From assembly GCA_963664705.1 (NCBI GenBank), contig OY761556.1, forward strand, positions 3,232,001 through 3,296,000: a stretch of DNA of 64,000 nucleotides, in the 5' to 3' direction. The translations under genes and the position numbers were made by a program. Below are positions 19,844 through 30,343 of the stretch, one piece after another (position 1 is the stretch's first letter; every line of letters starts with the position of its first letter). The notes beneath the pieces were generated by a model. The model was not told where the DNA came from. It was given only the letters and a program-made list of their open reading frames with translations, and made no database searches. This DNA comes from Acidobacteriota bacterium (GTDB lineage: Bacteria > Acidobacteriota > UBA6911).

Positions 19844-21868
19844 CTAATGGCCCTCGGCACCCATCGTTGTTCGCTCGCGCGTAAAAGGAGCCGCAAGCCA
19901 TTTATTTGCCTCCGCCTGGGCTCCATTTGTGTCGTCTTTTGTGTTGATTGCCTTGGTGTATTCCGCCATAGCCCTCTGGCGTTGCCCCAGGATATCGTAT
20001 ATCTTCCCCAGGTAGAGGTAGCACCAGACCTCGACCCACTTCGGGTCCTTGTCTCCATTCAGTGCGTCGCGGAATGAATTCGCAGCCGACTGGAGATTGA
20101 ACTGTTCATAGAAAACCTCCGCCAGCCTGTAATGCGCAATAGATCGATGCGAATCCAGTTTCAGAGCGCTTTCATAGGCACGGATTGCCTCGACGAAATC
20201 GCCGCGCTGTTTGCAATCGTTGCCGATGGAGAGCTGAACGGACGTCTGCAGCTCTTTGGAATCCCTCAACAGTTTGTTATTGGGATCCAGGACAACCTTT
20301 TGCGGCATAGTAAATGTGGTAATGTCAAAGGCCGTTGACTTGCCGTTTAATTCGACTGTCTTGGTCTCTTCCTTGGAGTTGCTGACAACGGATACATCGA
20401 CGGGCATCCTGAACAGGTCGCGATCCTGCTTGACGGTGCCAGAGACGCGGAACCCGCTGGCCGTTTTAAAAACCACATAATCCGTCTGCAGCGTGGGGAC
20501 GCCGATTGTGTCGATCCACTCGGCAAAGAACCAGCCGAGTTCCTTGCCATATATCTTCTCAGAAAGCTTTTGGAAGGCGGTTGTGCTTGCCTGAGTCCCG
20601 GAGAAATCGTGCGCATACTGCTGCAGGAGTTTGGTGAAGTTCGCTTCACCCATGATCCCGCGCAGCATGTTGAGCACCCAGGCGCCTTTTCCAGCGACGA
20701 CAGACTCGTATCGCTCCGATCGATAGCCCAACCCAAGCCCGCCACGGACGGCGCTCTTGTTTTCGAATTTCAGGGCCAGCACCGCCAGGTTGTCAATTTC
20801 CTCTTTATATGCCGCGGTTCCTTCGTTCTTGCCCAGGTATTGAGCCGCCGAAAGGTACGCCATTCCATCCACGAGCCAAAGGTCGTCAGCGCTTTGGATT
20901 CCGACTGTCTCCTGCCACCACTGGTAGGCCGCGCGCCGCGCCAGTTCGCGCACCGGAGGCGTCGATTGAGCCAACTCCCTTCGCGTGATGAAGATCGTCC
21001 CCAACATCCCGGATTGTTTGACCAATGCCTCATCCACTTCGACGAGGCGAAAACTGTTACCCGAAGACGGCGAGCCGTAGTTCTTCTGGTAGTAGTCCAG
21101 GATTTTGGCCAGCGCTTCCGCACTTGGCTGCATCGCCTCCGGTTTGTTGTCTTTGGAAAAACACTCAATCGACAATTGTCCGAACTGCATTTTCTTTTGC
21201 GTGTATTGCCCGGCCACGACGGAGCCCGGAAGAATAGGATTTTTGGCAACCCATCCGAACGTTTCGTTGATGCCCTTTGTGACAACGGGCATCTGCGTCC
21301 CCGGTCCGATAACCGTCATCCCCAGGGGAACGGTCACTTCCACCGTCGCGGTTGCCCGGTCCACCAGAAACTGGCTTACCGGAAACCACTTGGCGGAATA
21401 CATCAGGTATGTCCCTTCCATTCCGATGTAGGCACTGCCTTCATCCCGTGTATACATGCGGCTGTAACGGTCGCGATCGAAGCCGCCCTGGCACTCGATC
21501 TGAATGGTAATGACCGAACCGGCATCCAGCGCCTTCGGAAAACGGATCGAGAGATACCCTGGACCAATCTCGTCCTGACCGAATTCCAGTTCTACTCCAT
21601 TGGAATTGAGCACCCTCTGAACCGAGAGATTTTCGCTCAATTCGAAGACAATGTGATCGGTCGCTTGAATCGGCTTGAAAGCGATGGTTGTGACGGATTT
21701 GATTTCGTGGCTGTCCGGAGTCAGCGTCGCCTCGATCCTGTAATTCTGAATATCTATACGCGGCATCGTGGAAGCAGCTTTCTTCGCCTGCGCATAGCCT
21801 GGCAAACCTGTGCCCGCAAAAGCCAGAAGAAGGATAGACATCAGAATGGATTTGTTGCGCATGTTCAT
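19844..21868 (-). CDS. Secreted M1 aminopeptidase-like protein with C-terminal TPRs; zinc motif degenerate
   Basis: Signal peptide, KGAWVLNMLR, WFFAEW, TPR tail. HExxH position reads RRAAY. ATGA overlap with the lpxB stop. Confidence 0.8.
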   Translation of the reverse strand: MNMRNKSILMSILLLAFAGTGLPGYAQAKKAASTMPRIDIQNYRIEATLTPDSHEIKSVTTIAFKPIQATDHIVFELSENLSVQRVLNSNGVELEFGQDEIGPGYLSIRFPKALDAGSVITIQIECQGGFDRDRYSRMYTRDEGSAYIGMEGTYLMYSAKWFPVSQFLVDRATATVEVTVPLGMTVIGPGTQMPVVTKGINETFGWVAKNPILPGSVVAGQYTQKKMQFGQLSIECFSKDNKPEAMQPSAEALAKILDYYQKNYGSPSSGNSFRLVEVDEALVKQSGMLGTIFITRRELAQSTPPVRELARRAAYQWWQETVGIQSADDLWLVDGMAYLSAAQYLGKNEGTAAYKEEIDNLAVLALKFENKSAVRGGLGLGYRSERYESVVAGKGAWVLNMLRGIMGEANFTKLLQQYAHDFSGTQASTTAFQKLSEKIYGKELGWFFAEWIDTIGVPTLQTDYVVFKTASGFRVSGTVKQDRDLFRMPVDVSVVSNSKEETKTVELNGKSTAFDITTFTMPQKVVLDPNNKLLRDSKELQTSVQLSIGNDCKQRGDFVEAIRAYESALKLDSHRSIAHYRLAEVFYEQFNLQSAANSFRDALNGDKDPKWVEVWCYLYLGKIYDILGQRQRAMAEYTKAINTKDDTNGAQAEANKWLAAPFTRERTTMGAEGH

Positions 21869-23031
21869 TCCCTTAAGAAGCTGCTCACTATGGCCGCGAC
21901 CGTATCCGAGGCGCAACGGGTACTGAGTTGTTCCCTGATTCCGGCCAACTGTGTACGCATCAGTGCACTGCATTCGGGCTCCAACAAGTATTTCAGCGCT
22001 ACCTGAGCCAACCGATCCGGTTCCGCCTCGCTCTGAAACAACTCCGGTACAATCTTCTCCTGCGCTATCAAGTTTACCAGCCCCTTCATGGAACTGCGAA
22101 TCAGAATGGAGCCTACAAACCAGCTCAAGGGGGAGATCTTGTACGCTATCAGGAAGGGGGTTCCAACCAGCGCCGCTTCCAGGGAACTGGTTCCGCTCTT
22201 TACAAAGGCAAAATCGGAATTCGCCAGTATATCTCTGGAATCCTGTGTTGAGAGATGGAACCGGTCTTCATTCGGATCGCCCTGGAGCTCAGCGCGCATC
22301 ACGGTGCGAATATGAGCCGGGTTGATGGTAGGAGCCGCCGAAATGACGAATTGCGCGTCAATGGATTTCAGTAACCGCTTCCCCGCCTGCAGAAGGACTG
22401 GAAGGATGTGATCGATTTCCTTTTTGCGGCTCCCGGCTAATATGGAAATTGTATATCGGGCCGGATTCAAACCAAGCTGAAGGACAAAGGATTCGCGATC
22501 GCAGTCCGGATGGAAATCCTCCAGCAGCGGATGTCCTACGAATTCGACCTCAACACCGCGCTCCCGGTAATACGCCTCTTCGAAAGGCAGGATAACCAGC
22601 ATCTTGTCCACATACTCCCGAATAGCCCGGATGCGGCCGCTACGCCAGGCCCATATCTGCGGGCTTATGTAGTAGATAACCTGGATGCCCTGTCGTTTCA
22701 GTTTTTTTGCCAATCGCAGGTTGAAATCCGGGAAATCCAGCAGGATGGCAAGCCGGGGAGGTTGCTTCGAGGATTCAAGCAGAAGCCGTCGGTAGGTACG
22801 ATAATAGGTTCGAAAACTGGAAAAAGCCTCGCGAATCCCTATATGCGCCAGTTCTCGTACATGGCAAAACAGCTGGACTCCGGCTTTCTGCATGGCATCG
22901 CCGCCGGTCCCATAAAAATGAATGGCGCCGGGGCCGGCGAGTTGTGTCAGCTTTTCCACAAGCCGCGCACCATACCGGTCAGCCGAGGCTTCTCCGGCAA
23001 CTATCAGAATCCGCATAGGGGGCTTTGCCAT
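21865..23031 (-). CDS. lpxB: Lipid-A-disaccharide synthase
   Basis: AGEASAD, DFPDFN, YISPQIWAWR, LPFE, FVGHPL, GSR, KSGTSSLE. Confidence 0.95.
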   Translation of the reverse strand: MAKPPMRILIVAGEASADRYGARLVEKLTQLAGPGAIHFYGTGGDAMQKAGVQLFCHVRELAHIGIREAFSSFRTYYRTYRRLLLESSKQPPRLAILLDFPDFNLRLAKKLKRQGIQVIYYISPQIWAWRSGRIRAIREYVDKMLVILPFEEAYYRERGVEVEFVGHPLLEDFHPDCDRESFVLQLGLNPARYTISILAGSRKKEIDHILPVLLQAGKRLLKSIDAQFVISAAPTINPAHIRTVMRAELQGDPNEDRFHLSTQDSRDILANSDFAFVKSGTSSLEAALVGTPFLIAYKISPLSWFVGSILIRSSMKGLVNLIAQEKIVPELFQSEAEPDRLAQVALKYLLEPECSALMRTQLAGIREQLSTRCASDTVAAIVSSFLRE

Positions 23032-23059
23032 ATTTCGTTCTTAAGAAAAAAGCTCTTAA

Positions 23060-23081
23060 CCGTCAATCGTCAATGGTCAGT
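23060..23081. repeat. Heptamer (CGTCAAT)x3 overlapping the mnmA stop
   Basis: CGTCAAT CGTCAAT GGTCAGT. Confidence 0.55.
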
Positions 23082-24189
23082 CCCGTCGAATCCACCCGCC
23101 GCCCACAACCTTGTCGGCTTGATAGAAAACGCATGCCTGCCCGGGACTTATCGCGGGTTGGGGAGAGTCGAAGACAACTTCCACCACCCCATCTTCCGCG
23201 GGCACAATTGTCGCCGAGGCTTCCTTATGGCGAGAGCGAATTTTGGCATGAACCTTCATAGGCGCATCCAGCGCGGCGATAGAGATCCAATTGGGTCGGA
23301 TCACATGACACCGCTGTCGGTTCAGTTCCGCGCGCGCTCCGACAATAATGGTATTGTCCTCGGGACGGATTTCCAGCACATAGAGAGGAACCGCATGGGC
23401 AATGCCTAACCCTCTTCTCTGGCCGATTGTATAGTGGTGAATCCCTGGATGTCTGCCGACAATTTGTCCCTTGGAGTTGAGAATATTCCCGGCAGGAAAC
23501 TCCAGCGGCTCGCCAGTCATTTCGCGAGCATAACGCTCAATGAACGACGCGTAATCCTGATCCGGGATAAAGCAAATCTCCTGGCTTTCAGCCTTCTCGG
23601 CCACCGGCAGATCATATCGGCGTGCAATCTGGCGCACCTGCTGTTTGTCGAGATCTCCGAGGGGGAATAAGGCTTTGGATAATTGCGCCTGGTTCAGCTC
23701 AAACAGGAAATAGGACTGATCCTTGTTTTTATCGCGCGCCTGCCACAGCAGATACCGGCCTGTTTCCTGATCGAGCGTGACTCTGGCATAGTGCCCGGTG
23801 GCCACGCAGGGGGCCTGTATATCCTCCGCCATGCGGACGAGGCGATCAAACTTCATATGCGAATTGCAAAGCACGCAGGGAGAAGGGGTGAGCCCTCTCC
23901 GGTAATTGTCGACAAAGTCCCGGACGACGGTATTCTCGAATTCCTTCTCGAAATCGACCACATAATAAGGAATGCCCAGCCGGGCGGCCACTTCCCGAGC
24001 ATCGTGGAAATCCTCCAGGGAACAGCATCCGCCGGACCGTGCCGAAGCCGCTTCCGCGCCGCTCCGCCTTTGGTCCCAGAGCTGCATGGAAAAACCTACC
24101 AGATCGTAACCGGTCTCCTTGAGAATGGCGGCGGCGACGGAACTGTCTACTCCGCCGCTCATCGCAATTGCAACTCTCTCTGAAGGCAT
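23077..24189 (-). CDS. mnmA: tRNA 2-thiouridylase MnmA
   Basis: AMSGGVDSS, TPSPCVLCN, ATGHYA, KDQSYFL, ESQEICF, YTIGQRRGLG, PGQACVFY. Confidence 0.97.
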   Translation of the reverse strand: MPSERVAIAMSGGVDSSVAAAILKETGYDLVGFSMQLWDQRRSGAEAASARSGGCCSLEDFHDAREVAARLGIPYYVVDFEKEFENTVVRDFVDNYRRGLTPSPCVLCNSHMKFDRLVRMAEDIQAPCVATGHYARVTLDQETGRYLLWQARDKNKDQSYFLFELNQAQLSKALFPLGDLDKQQVRQIARRYDLPVAEKAESQEICFIPDQDYASFIERYAREMTGEPLEFPAGNILNSKGQIVGRHPGIHHYTIGQRRGLGIAHAVPLYVLEIRPEDNTIIVGARAELNRQRCHVIRPNWISIAALDAPMKVHAKIRSRHKEASATIVPAEDGVVEVVFDSPQPAISPGQACVFYQADKVVGGGWIRRD

Positions 24190-25068
24190 CTAGACCATAT
24201 CCTTGGGCATCCACAGGATGCAGCTTCTTACAAAATGGATATCTTTCAGATTTGGGTGAAGGATGTATTCGTCAATTGCGCTGGCCTTTTCGTTGAACGA
24301 ATCGGTGAGCCGGGATATCTCCTGGCGAGCCTCCCATTCCAGCGCCGTCAGCCGCTCCTCCAGTTCGGGGACCGCAGAATCCTGCGGAGGCAGGTTCGGC
24401 ATAGGCCGCAGCCGGAGCCCGGAAGAACTGAACAGCTCTGTCATCTGATCCGAGTACCGCGTAAAAATATCCCGGTTCCGCGACTCCGATTTGGAAGGCT
24501 CCAGCGCACCGGATTCGACTCTGCCCAGGTATTTCTGCTTGGCCTGCTCCAGCATGCGGTTAAAAACCTCGTGAAGCTTGTCGAGCTCGGACCGCTTACT
24601 GCCTTCAAAAAGCTCCAGGCACCGCCAGCAGAAATCCGCACGCGATTCTCCCGAAAGAGAATAAACGTTTAAATCAAAATTCCGGAAAATCCTCGCCGCA
24701 TAGGAGCGCAACAGATATTGGACAAACTGATTTTCCATCTGGGCAAGAAAATTCGGATTCACAAAATGGGGCAGGATTCCCAGGCGAACCCCTTCCGGCA
24801 CGGAGGTACTCGTCCTGGAAAGGTCGATATTCCGAATCATGTCATCGGTCCAAAGCAGGTCCGCATTGTCCGAATAAATCTCCAGCGCCTTGCATAGGCT
24901 TACAGTTTCCCTGAATCCCGTCCGCACATCGTTGAAGTCGATTCTGGCTTCAACGCAGAAAAAGGGGATCCAGTCAGAACCGGTGTTGAACTGATCCGGT
25001 ATCAGATATAGCTGCTTGATTCTCTCTGCTGCATGATTCTGCTGCGCTCTGGGATTCACGGGATGCAT
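24190..25068 (-). CDS. Hypothetical protein
   Basis: 292-aa ORF whose stop abuts the mnmA start; no motif recognised. Confidence 0.7.
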   Translation of the reverse strand: MHPVNPRAQQNHAAERIKQLYLIPDQFNTGSDWIPFFCVEARIDFNDVRTGFRETVSLCKALEIYSDNADLLWTDDMIRNIDLSRTSTSVPEGVRLGILPHFVNPNFLAQMENQFVQYLLRSYAARIFRNFDLNVYSLSGESRADFCWRCLELFEGSKRSELDKLHEVFNRMLEQAKQKYLGRVESGALEPSKSESRNRDIFTRYSDQMTELFSSSGLRLRPMPNLPPQDSAVPELEERLTALEWEARQEISRLTDSFNEKASAIDEYILHPNLKDIHFVRSCILWMPKDMV

Positions 25069-25190
25069 CGGAAACCTCTGACGGTTCGGAATAAAAGCCC
25101 TTTATTTTATCATGCGAAGAGTCATTCTCAATTGGGGATGTTGGGGGGGGCATGCGGACGGGCGGGAAGCGATTGCGGATGGGTCCTCGG

Positions 25191-25247
25191 GAAAAGCAAC
25201 GCCCGGGAGCGAGGCGCGAGGCGCAAATGGCCTCGCTCCCGGGTTGC
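25191..25247 (-). terminator. Terminator hairpin after the ECF sigma gene
   Basis: CCCGGGAGCGAGGC / GCCTCGCTCCCGGG inverted repeat followed by TTTT on the minus strand. Confidence 0.6.
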
Positions 25248-25250
25248 GCT

Positions 25251-25868
25251 TTAGTTGATCACTTCCGATGAGGGCCGGAACCCTCCGTTGGCCAGGGCGC
25301 CAAACACTGTCTTGAATTCCTGCCTTCCATAAAAGAGCCGCGACTTGACCGTGCCAACCGGGCAGTGGATGATCTGGGCTATTTCCTGAATCGTGTGCCC
25401 TTCCATGTCGTGCAGCCGAACCACAATCCCCTGCTTTTCCGACATGCGATGGAATGTCTCATGAACGAGAGATCGCAATTCCTCGAGCGAGGTGTGGGCC
25501 AGCGGATCGGTGAATGGCGTAGACTCCGCGGGGAGATCCCTGGCGATATCGTCTTCCAGCTCCACGAACTGCCGATTCTTCCCTTTGCGCAACATACCCA
25601 GGCAAACGTTGATCGTAATTCGGCTGATCCAGGTGGATACCTTGCTGTCGCCCCTGAAATGGGATATCCCGCGATATACATTCAGAAGTGTCTCCTGAAG
25701 CGCGTCTTCCGCAGACGATTCCTCGCCAAGTATGCGGTACGCGGTATTGAAAATCTTGCGGTTGTATCGGGCAAAAAGCTCGTTACATGCATCCGGATCG
25801 TTGGACATGCAGCGATTCAAAAGGGCTACATTGAGTTCTTCGTTGGGTTGGGATTCGATCGCCAGCAT
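25251..25868 (-). CDS. ECF sigma-70 factor
   Basis: AEDALQE, FRGDSKVSTWISRI, EIAQII.CPVGTVKSRL. Start reassigned to MLAIES, downstream of the sigma54 promoter. Confidence 0.92.
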   Translation of the reverse strand: MLAIESQPNEELNVALLNRCMSNDPDACNELFARYNRKIFNTAYRILGEESSAEDALQETLLNVYRGISHFRGDSKVSTWISRITINVCLGMLRKGKNRQFVELEDDIARDLPAESTPFTDPLAHTSLEELRSLVHETFHRMSEKQGIVVRLHDMEGHTIQEIAQIIHCPVGTVKSRLFYGRQEFKTVFGALANGGFRPSSEVIN

Positions 25869-25927
25869 AAATTTCCTTTTCCTTTCCAGTTCATTGGCGC
25901 CATTCCATTGCCGCCGAACTGTACAGT

Positions 25928-25943
25928 TGCAAATCGAATGCCA
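25928..25943 (-). promoter_or_regulatory. sigma54 -24/-12 promoter of the ECF sigma gene
   Basis: TGGCAT-TCGAT-TTGCA with exact GG-N10-GC spacing. Confidence 0.75.
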
Positions 25944-26021
25944 GACCGAATAAAAATCCATATATTGTTTATAATGAATAATTTACACAAAATATCCCAA
26001 CCAGACCCCAAGGCATTCAAC

Positions 26022-26104
26022 TGTACATATTTTGGACACCTTGGCTTTATCAGCCAACAATCGCATTGTTTTCAATACTTTATCGGATGTCCAAAAATAT
26101 TACA
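26022..26104. promoter_or_regulatory. Pair of putative enhancer (UAS) boxes
   Basis: TGTACATATTTTGGACA (26022-26038) and TGTCCAAAAATATTACA (26088-26104), both TGT-N11-ACA and mutually inverted. Confidence 0.6.
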
Positions 26105-26301
26105 CCTGGAGCAAGCCAAAGAAACCCGCGTATTATCAACAGTTATAGAATTTGACGCCGCCGGCCCGGCCAATGCCGCCTTATTTATTTGCCAAAACCG
26201 CGGAGTACAGCCGCAAGCTGCCGCAGCGATGGCAATTCACCGCACTCCGATGGGCTTCGCCCTCGAAAAATAATATGCAGCGAGATGTCGGCGGTTCGCT
26301 C

Positions 26302-27711
26302 TTAGCTCATGCGGCGGAGTTTTTCGATGAGGGACTGGCGGCTGATGCCGAGGACACGGGCAGTTTGGGATTTGTTCTGACCCAGCCTGGCCAGAGTTTC
26401 CCGGATCATATCTTCCTCCAGCACACGGATGGCAGATTTCAGATCTCCTTCAGAGAGCGGTACGGACCGGTGCCGCTGTCGGATGTGATCCGAAAGGAAT
26501 TCTGGTCCGATGCTTTTGTCTTCCTCTGCCAAAAGCACCACACGCTCAATTTCATTCTGCAGTTCTCGGACATTTCCCGGCCAATTGTATGCCATCAGGA
26601 GGTCGCAGGTTTCCTCACTGAAGGGTCCGGTTTTGCGGTTCAACTTCCTGGAGAACTGCTGCCGAAAGAATTCCGCAAGGGGAAGGATATCCTTCTTTCG
26701 TTCGCGCAGAGGGGGAATGGTGACGGAAAAAACATTGATGCGGAAAAACAGATCCTGGCGGAAACGATTTGCCTGAACCTCCGCTTTCAGATCCCGGTTG
26801 GTCGATGCGATGATGCGCACATCCACCTTTTTCGGCCGGTTGTGGCCGACCGGCATGATTTCACTTTCCTGAATGACACGCAGCAGCTTGACCTGCAGTT
26901 CGGGCGGCGCCTCTCCTATTTCGTCGAGAAAAATGGTCCCCCCGTTTGCCATCTCGAAATATCCCTTTTTCTCCTGAGTGGCGCCGGTGAAAGCTCCTTT
27001 AGCGTGCCCGAAGAATTCGCTCTCGACGAGATCCCTTGGGATGGCGCCGCAATTGACGGGGATAAATATCTGGTCGCGGCGATTGCTCTCGCCATGAATA
27101 AAGCGGGCAATGAGTTCCTTGCCGGTTCCGGTTTCTCCCTGGATAAGAACGGTTGTTTCCGTCCCGGTGACCCTGCGCAGCAGATGCAGGATGTTTTCCA
27201 TTTCAGGACTGCCGTGAATGATGTTCTTTGAAAAAGCCTGCTTCTCAACCTCCTGCCGCAAAATGATGTTTTCGGTCTGCAACCGTTCGTTGGCAAGCTT
27301 CAATTCGGTAGCCAACCGTTCGTTTTCACGCACCAGGTCCATCTTCTCGAGAGCATCCTGGACGGCCATGCGCAAATCGTCAGGCTCCCAGGGCTTGGTG
27401 ATATATTTGTGAACTTTTCCCGTATTGATGGCTTCAATGAGATCCTGCACATCGGTAAAACCGGTCAATACGATCCGTACCACGTTGGGATGGCTTTTCT
27501 GCGACAGTTCGAGAAATTCCATGCCCGTCATGTTGGGCATCTTCTGATCCGTGATGATCGCATCAATTGGGGTTTTATGCAGGATTTCCAGCGCATCCTG
27601 CCCGGATTGCGCCAGGTGGATGCCGTACTGCGCCATGAACGTGCGCTGAAGCTTCTGCAGATTGGCCATTTCGTCATCTACAAGCAACAGCTCATACTTT
27701 CGCTTATTCAC
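26302..27711 (-). CDS. sigma54-dependent response regulator (NtrC family)
   Basis: REC, GETGTGKE, GAFTGA, FLDEIGE, WPGNVREL, Fis HTH. Confidence 0.95.
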   Translation of the reverse strand: MNKRKYELLLVDDEMANLQKLQRTFMAQYGIHLAQSGQDALEILHKTPIDAIITDQKMPNMTGMEFLELSQKSHPNVVRIVLTGFTDVQDLIEAINTGKVHKYITKPWEPDDLRMAVQDALEKMDLVRENERLATELKLANERLQTENIILRQEVEKQAFSKNIIHGSPEMENILHLLRRVTGTETTVLIQGETGTGKELIARFIHGESNRRDQIFIPVNCGAIPRDLVESEFFGHAKGAFTGATQEKKGYFEMANGGTIFLDEIGEAPPELQVKLLRVIQESEIMPVGHNRPKKVDVRIIASTNRDLKAEVQANRFRQDLFFRINVFSVTIPPLRERKKDILPLAEFFRQQFSRKLNRKTGPFSEETCDLLMAYNWPGNVRELQNEIERVVLLAEEDKSIGPEFLSDHIRQRHRSVPLSEGDLKSAIRVLEEDMIRETLARLGQNKSQTARVLGISRQSLIEKLRRMS

Positions 27712-29885
27712 GCAACTTTCTCCCGATTGACCGGCAGGCTGACGATGAAGGAACTCCCCTTCTGGGGAACGCTCGTCACGTGGATCCTGCCCTGGTGCTG
27801 CTCAATGATTCCGTAGCTGATACTCAATCCGAGCCCGGTCCCCTGACCTACCGGCTTGGTCGTAAAAAAGGGTTCGAAAATCCGGTTCATATATTCTCTC
27901 GGAATCCCGACGCCATTATCCTCAATTTCAACTTCCACCATGCCGTCATTGCAGCGCGTGCGAATCCAGACATCTCCCTTTCCCTGCACGGCGTGAAATG
28001 CATTGGACAGAAGGTTCATAAAGACCTGGTTCAACTTGCCCGCATACCCCGGTATTTTGGGAATGTCACCATATTCCTTGTGGATCTCGATCCGGCTCTT
28101 ATAGGCATTGCGCAGCAGATTCAGCGACATCTCCAGCGAGGCGTGCAGGTCGACTTCCGACACGGTATCGGTGTCCATCCGCGAAAACGTCCGCAAGTCG
28201 GTCACGATCGTATTGATTCGCCGCGCGCCCTCGGTGAAGTTATCAATCAGGATCTTCAGGTCATCCTTGATAAAGTTATAGTGAATCCCCTCTTTCATCT
28301 TGGCCATTTCCATTTGATCCAATTCCGAAATGCTCGGCATCTTCTCAAATGACTCGACCAGGACCTGCAATTTCTGCGTGTAATCAGCCAGGAACCCCGT
28401 ATTCCCGTAAATGAAATTCAAAGGATTTTTGATTTCATGCGCAATGCCGGCCACAAGCTGCCCAAGGGACGCCATCTTTTCAGTCTGGACCAATTGCTCC
28501 TGGGCACTCTGCAGATCCAGGTAGGCGCGCTTGAGTGCTTCGTGCGAGTTCTCCAACTCCACCGTTCGATCGCGAACCATATCCTCAAGATTGCGATTCA
28601 ACTCCTGCAACTGCACCTCGCGCACGGAGAGCGCCCGGGCCATATCATTAAACGTCGAGGCCAGGATTCCGACTTCGTCGGAGGAGCGAATGGGGACACG
28701 TTCCCTGAAATTTCCCTGGGCAATCGTTGAAGCGGATCGAATCAGTGTTTTCAGCGGTACCGTGATTCCCTCTGCAATCAGGTAAGTAAACAGCACGACC
28801 AGCGAAGCCAGCAGCACGGCCGCGCCAAACAACCAATAGCTCAATACCTTGACGGGCCGGAATATGTCCGCCTTGTCAATTTCGACGCCGACAATCCAGC
28901 CGAAGGATGTGTCGTCGATCGGAGCAAATCCGGCAATTTTCCCGCTCCCCTTCAGATCGTAGGCCGAATTGTGCTCCTGATTCAGGATGGCGTCGTGCAC
29001 ATCGCGAAGACCATAATTCTCGATCAGCGTCGTTTTATAAAAGTCCTGCCCGGCAGGTCTTTTCTCATTCTCATCCATTTTTCGATTCGCCCTGTATTTA
29101 TGGGCAATAATGGTGTCCGCGTTCTTGGCCAACATGAAGCCATACCCGGTCCTCAAATCCAGGTTGGCAAGATCCGTTTCAACGCTGTCGAGAATATTCT
29201 GGAAATAGGACCAGTTCAGAATGTTGATCCAGACGCCTACCACTTCGTGCGTCGCCGGGTCTTTGATCGGCTCCGAGAGCGCAATATTGAACTGGCGGCT
29301 TCGATCTTCCTTCCTGTAATCGTAAACACTCTGAACCATCTTGGACTGGTACCAGTCGTGGTGATAACTATGCCCGGTCACCGAGGACATGAATAACTGC
29401 TGCTCTTCCGGGAAGCCGGAGATGTTTTCCCCCATGAGCTTCGAAAGCTTGTCCGAGGGTAGCGGAACAAGATACCGATCCGCGGTGTTGATTCCTACGA
29501 TTCTGCCGGACGTATCCAACACAATCAGCAGGTCATAGACTTCATGGTAAAAGCAGTAGTTGTTCAGCAGATAAGTCAAACTGCCCGGATCGCGCCGGCG
29601 CCCATCGCGATATATCAAGGGATACGTGGTTGCCATGGAACGAATCTCATCCTTTCGCCCACGCAGCATCAGATCCACCTTATCCGCCGTGTCCTGCGCC
29701 ATCTTGCCAAGCGATAAGGTGATCCGATCCTCGATCTGCTTCCTCCCAATGTAATAGGAGAAAAGAGACATCCCGATCAGCGGCACCAAAGAAAGCCCAA
29801 TCATCAGAACAAGCAGCTTGTTCCTGACGCCGTGAAAAAGCGCCAGCCTTGGCTTCCTCATGCTCCCGCTCTGATTTTCAGTCAA
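27708..29885 (-). CDS. Sensor histidine kinase (periplasmic Cache-like, HAMP, HisKA, HATPase)
   Basis: Two TM segments, GIAHEIKNPL, NQVFMNLLSNA, FEPFFTTK, GTGLGL. Confidence 0.95.
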   Translation of the reverse strand: MTENQSGSMRKPRLALFHGVRNKLLVLMIGLSLVPLIGMSLFSYYIGRKQIEDRITLSLGKMAQDTADKVDLMLRGRKDEIRSMATTYPLIYRDGRRRDPGSLTYLLNNYCFYHEVYDLLIVLDTSGRIVGINTADRYLVPLPSDKLSKLMGENISGFPEEQQLFMSSVTGHSYHHDWYQSKMVQSVYDYRKEDRSRQFNIALSEPIKDPATHEVVGVWINILNWSYFQNILDSVETDLANLDLRTGYGFMLAKNADTIIAHKYRANRKMDENEKRPAGQDFYKTTLIENYGLRDVHDAILNQEHNSAYDLKGSGKIAGFAPIDDTSFGWIVGVEIDKADIFRPVKVLSYWLFGAAVLLASLVVLFTYLIAEGITVPLKTLIRSASTIAQGNFRERVPIRSSDEVGILASTFNDMARALSVREVQLQELNRNLEDMVRDRTVELENSHEALKRAYLDLQSAQEQLVQTEKMASLGQLVAGIAHEIKNPLNFIYGNTGFLADYTQKLQVLVESFEKMPSISELDQMEMAKMKEGIHYNFIKDDLKILIDNFTEGARRINTIVTDLRTFSRMDTDTVSEVDLHASLEMSLNLLRNAYKSRIEIHKEYGDIPKIPGYAGKLNQVFMNLLSNAFHAVQGKGDVWIRTRCNDGMVEVEIEDNGVGIPREYMNRIFEPFFTTKPVGQGTGLGLSISYGIIEQHQGRIHVTSVPQKGSSFIVSLPVNREKVA

Positions 29886-30073
29886 TGTGTATTCCCTCTT
29901 AACAGTCCAGGCAGATTTATTGTCAATTTATTTTACAGCTTTGTCAAAGCAATTGATCAAACTCCACCTATCCATGGTTCAGAATTGTTCCCTGCGTTGC
30001 CCTCCGGGACGGCTTTTCCCATGACCCGGACAAAATTTCATGATAGTTTTCCCTGGTATCAGGAGGGTGATCG

Positions 30074-30343
30074 ATGAGCATCACGGTTCGGATTCCTTCG
30101 CCGCTTCGGCAATATACGGAATTGAAGTCAGAAATAGAGCTGGAGGGAAAGACGGTAGCGGAGGTGTTGGAGAGTTTTAAGGCTCGCTTCCCCGACGCCA
30201 GCAGCCGGTTCTTCTCGCCCAAAACCGCGCACTACATGAATCTTTATCTGAATGACAAGGATATCCGCACTTTGTCCAACCGTGAAACGCCGGTAGCAGA
30301 CAAAGATGTCCTCTCGATCGTGTTTGCGATTGCAGGGGGCTAA
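30074..30343 (+). CDS. MoaD/ThiS family sulfur carrier
   Basis: ITVRIPSPLR..., C-terminal AIAGG; RBS AGGAGG. Confidence 0.9.
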   Translation: MSITVRIPSPLRQYTELKSEIELEGKTVAEVLESFKARFPDASSRFFSPKTAHYMNLYLNDKDIRTLSNRETPVADKDVLSIVFAIAGG

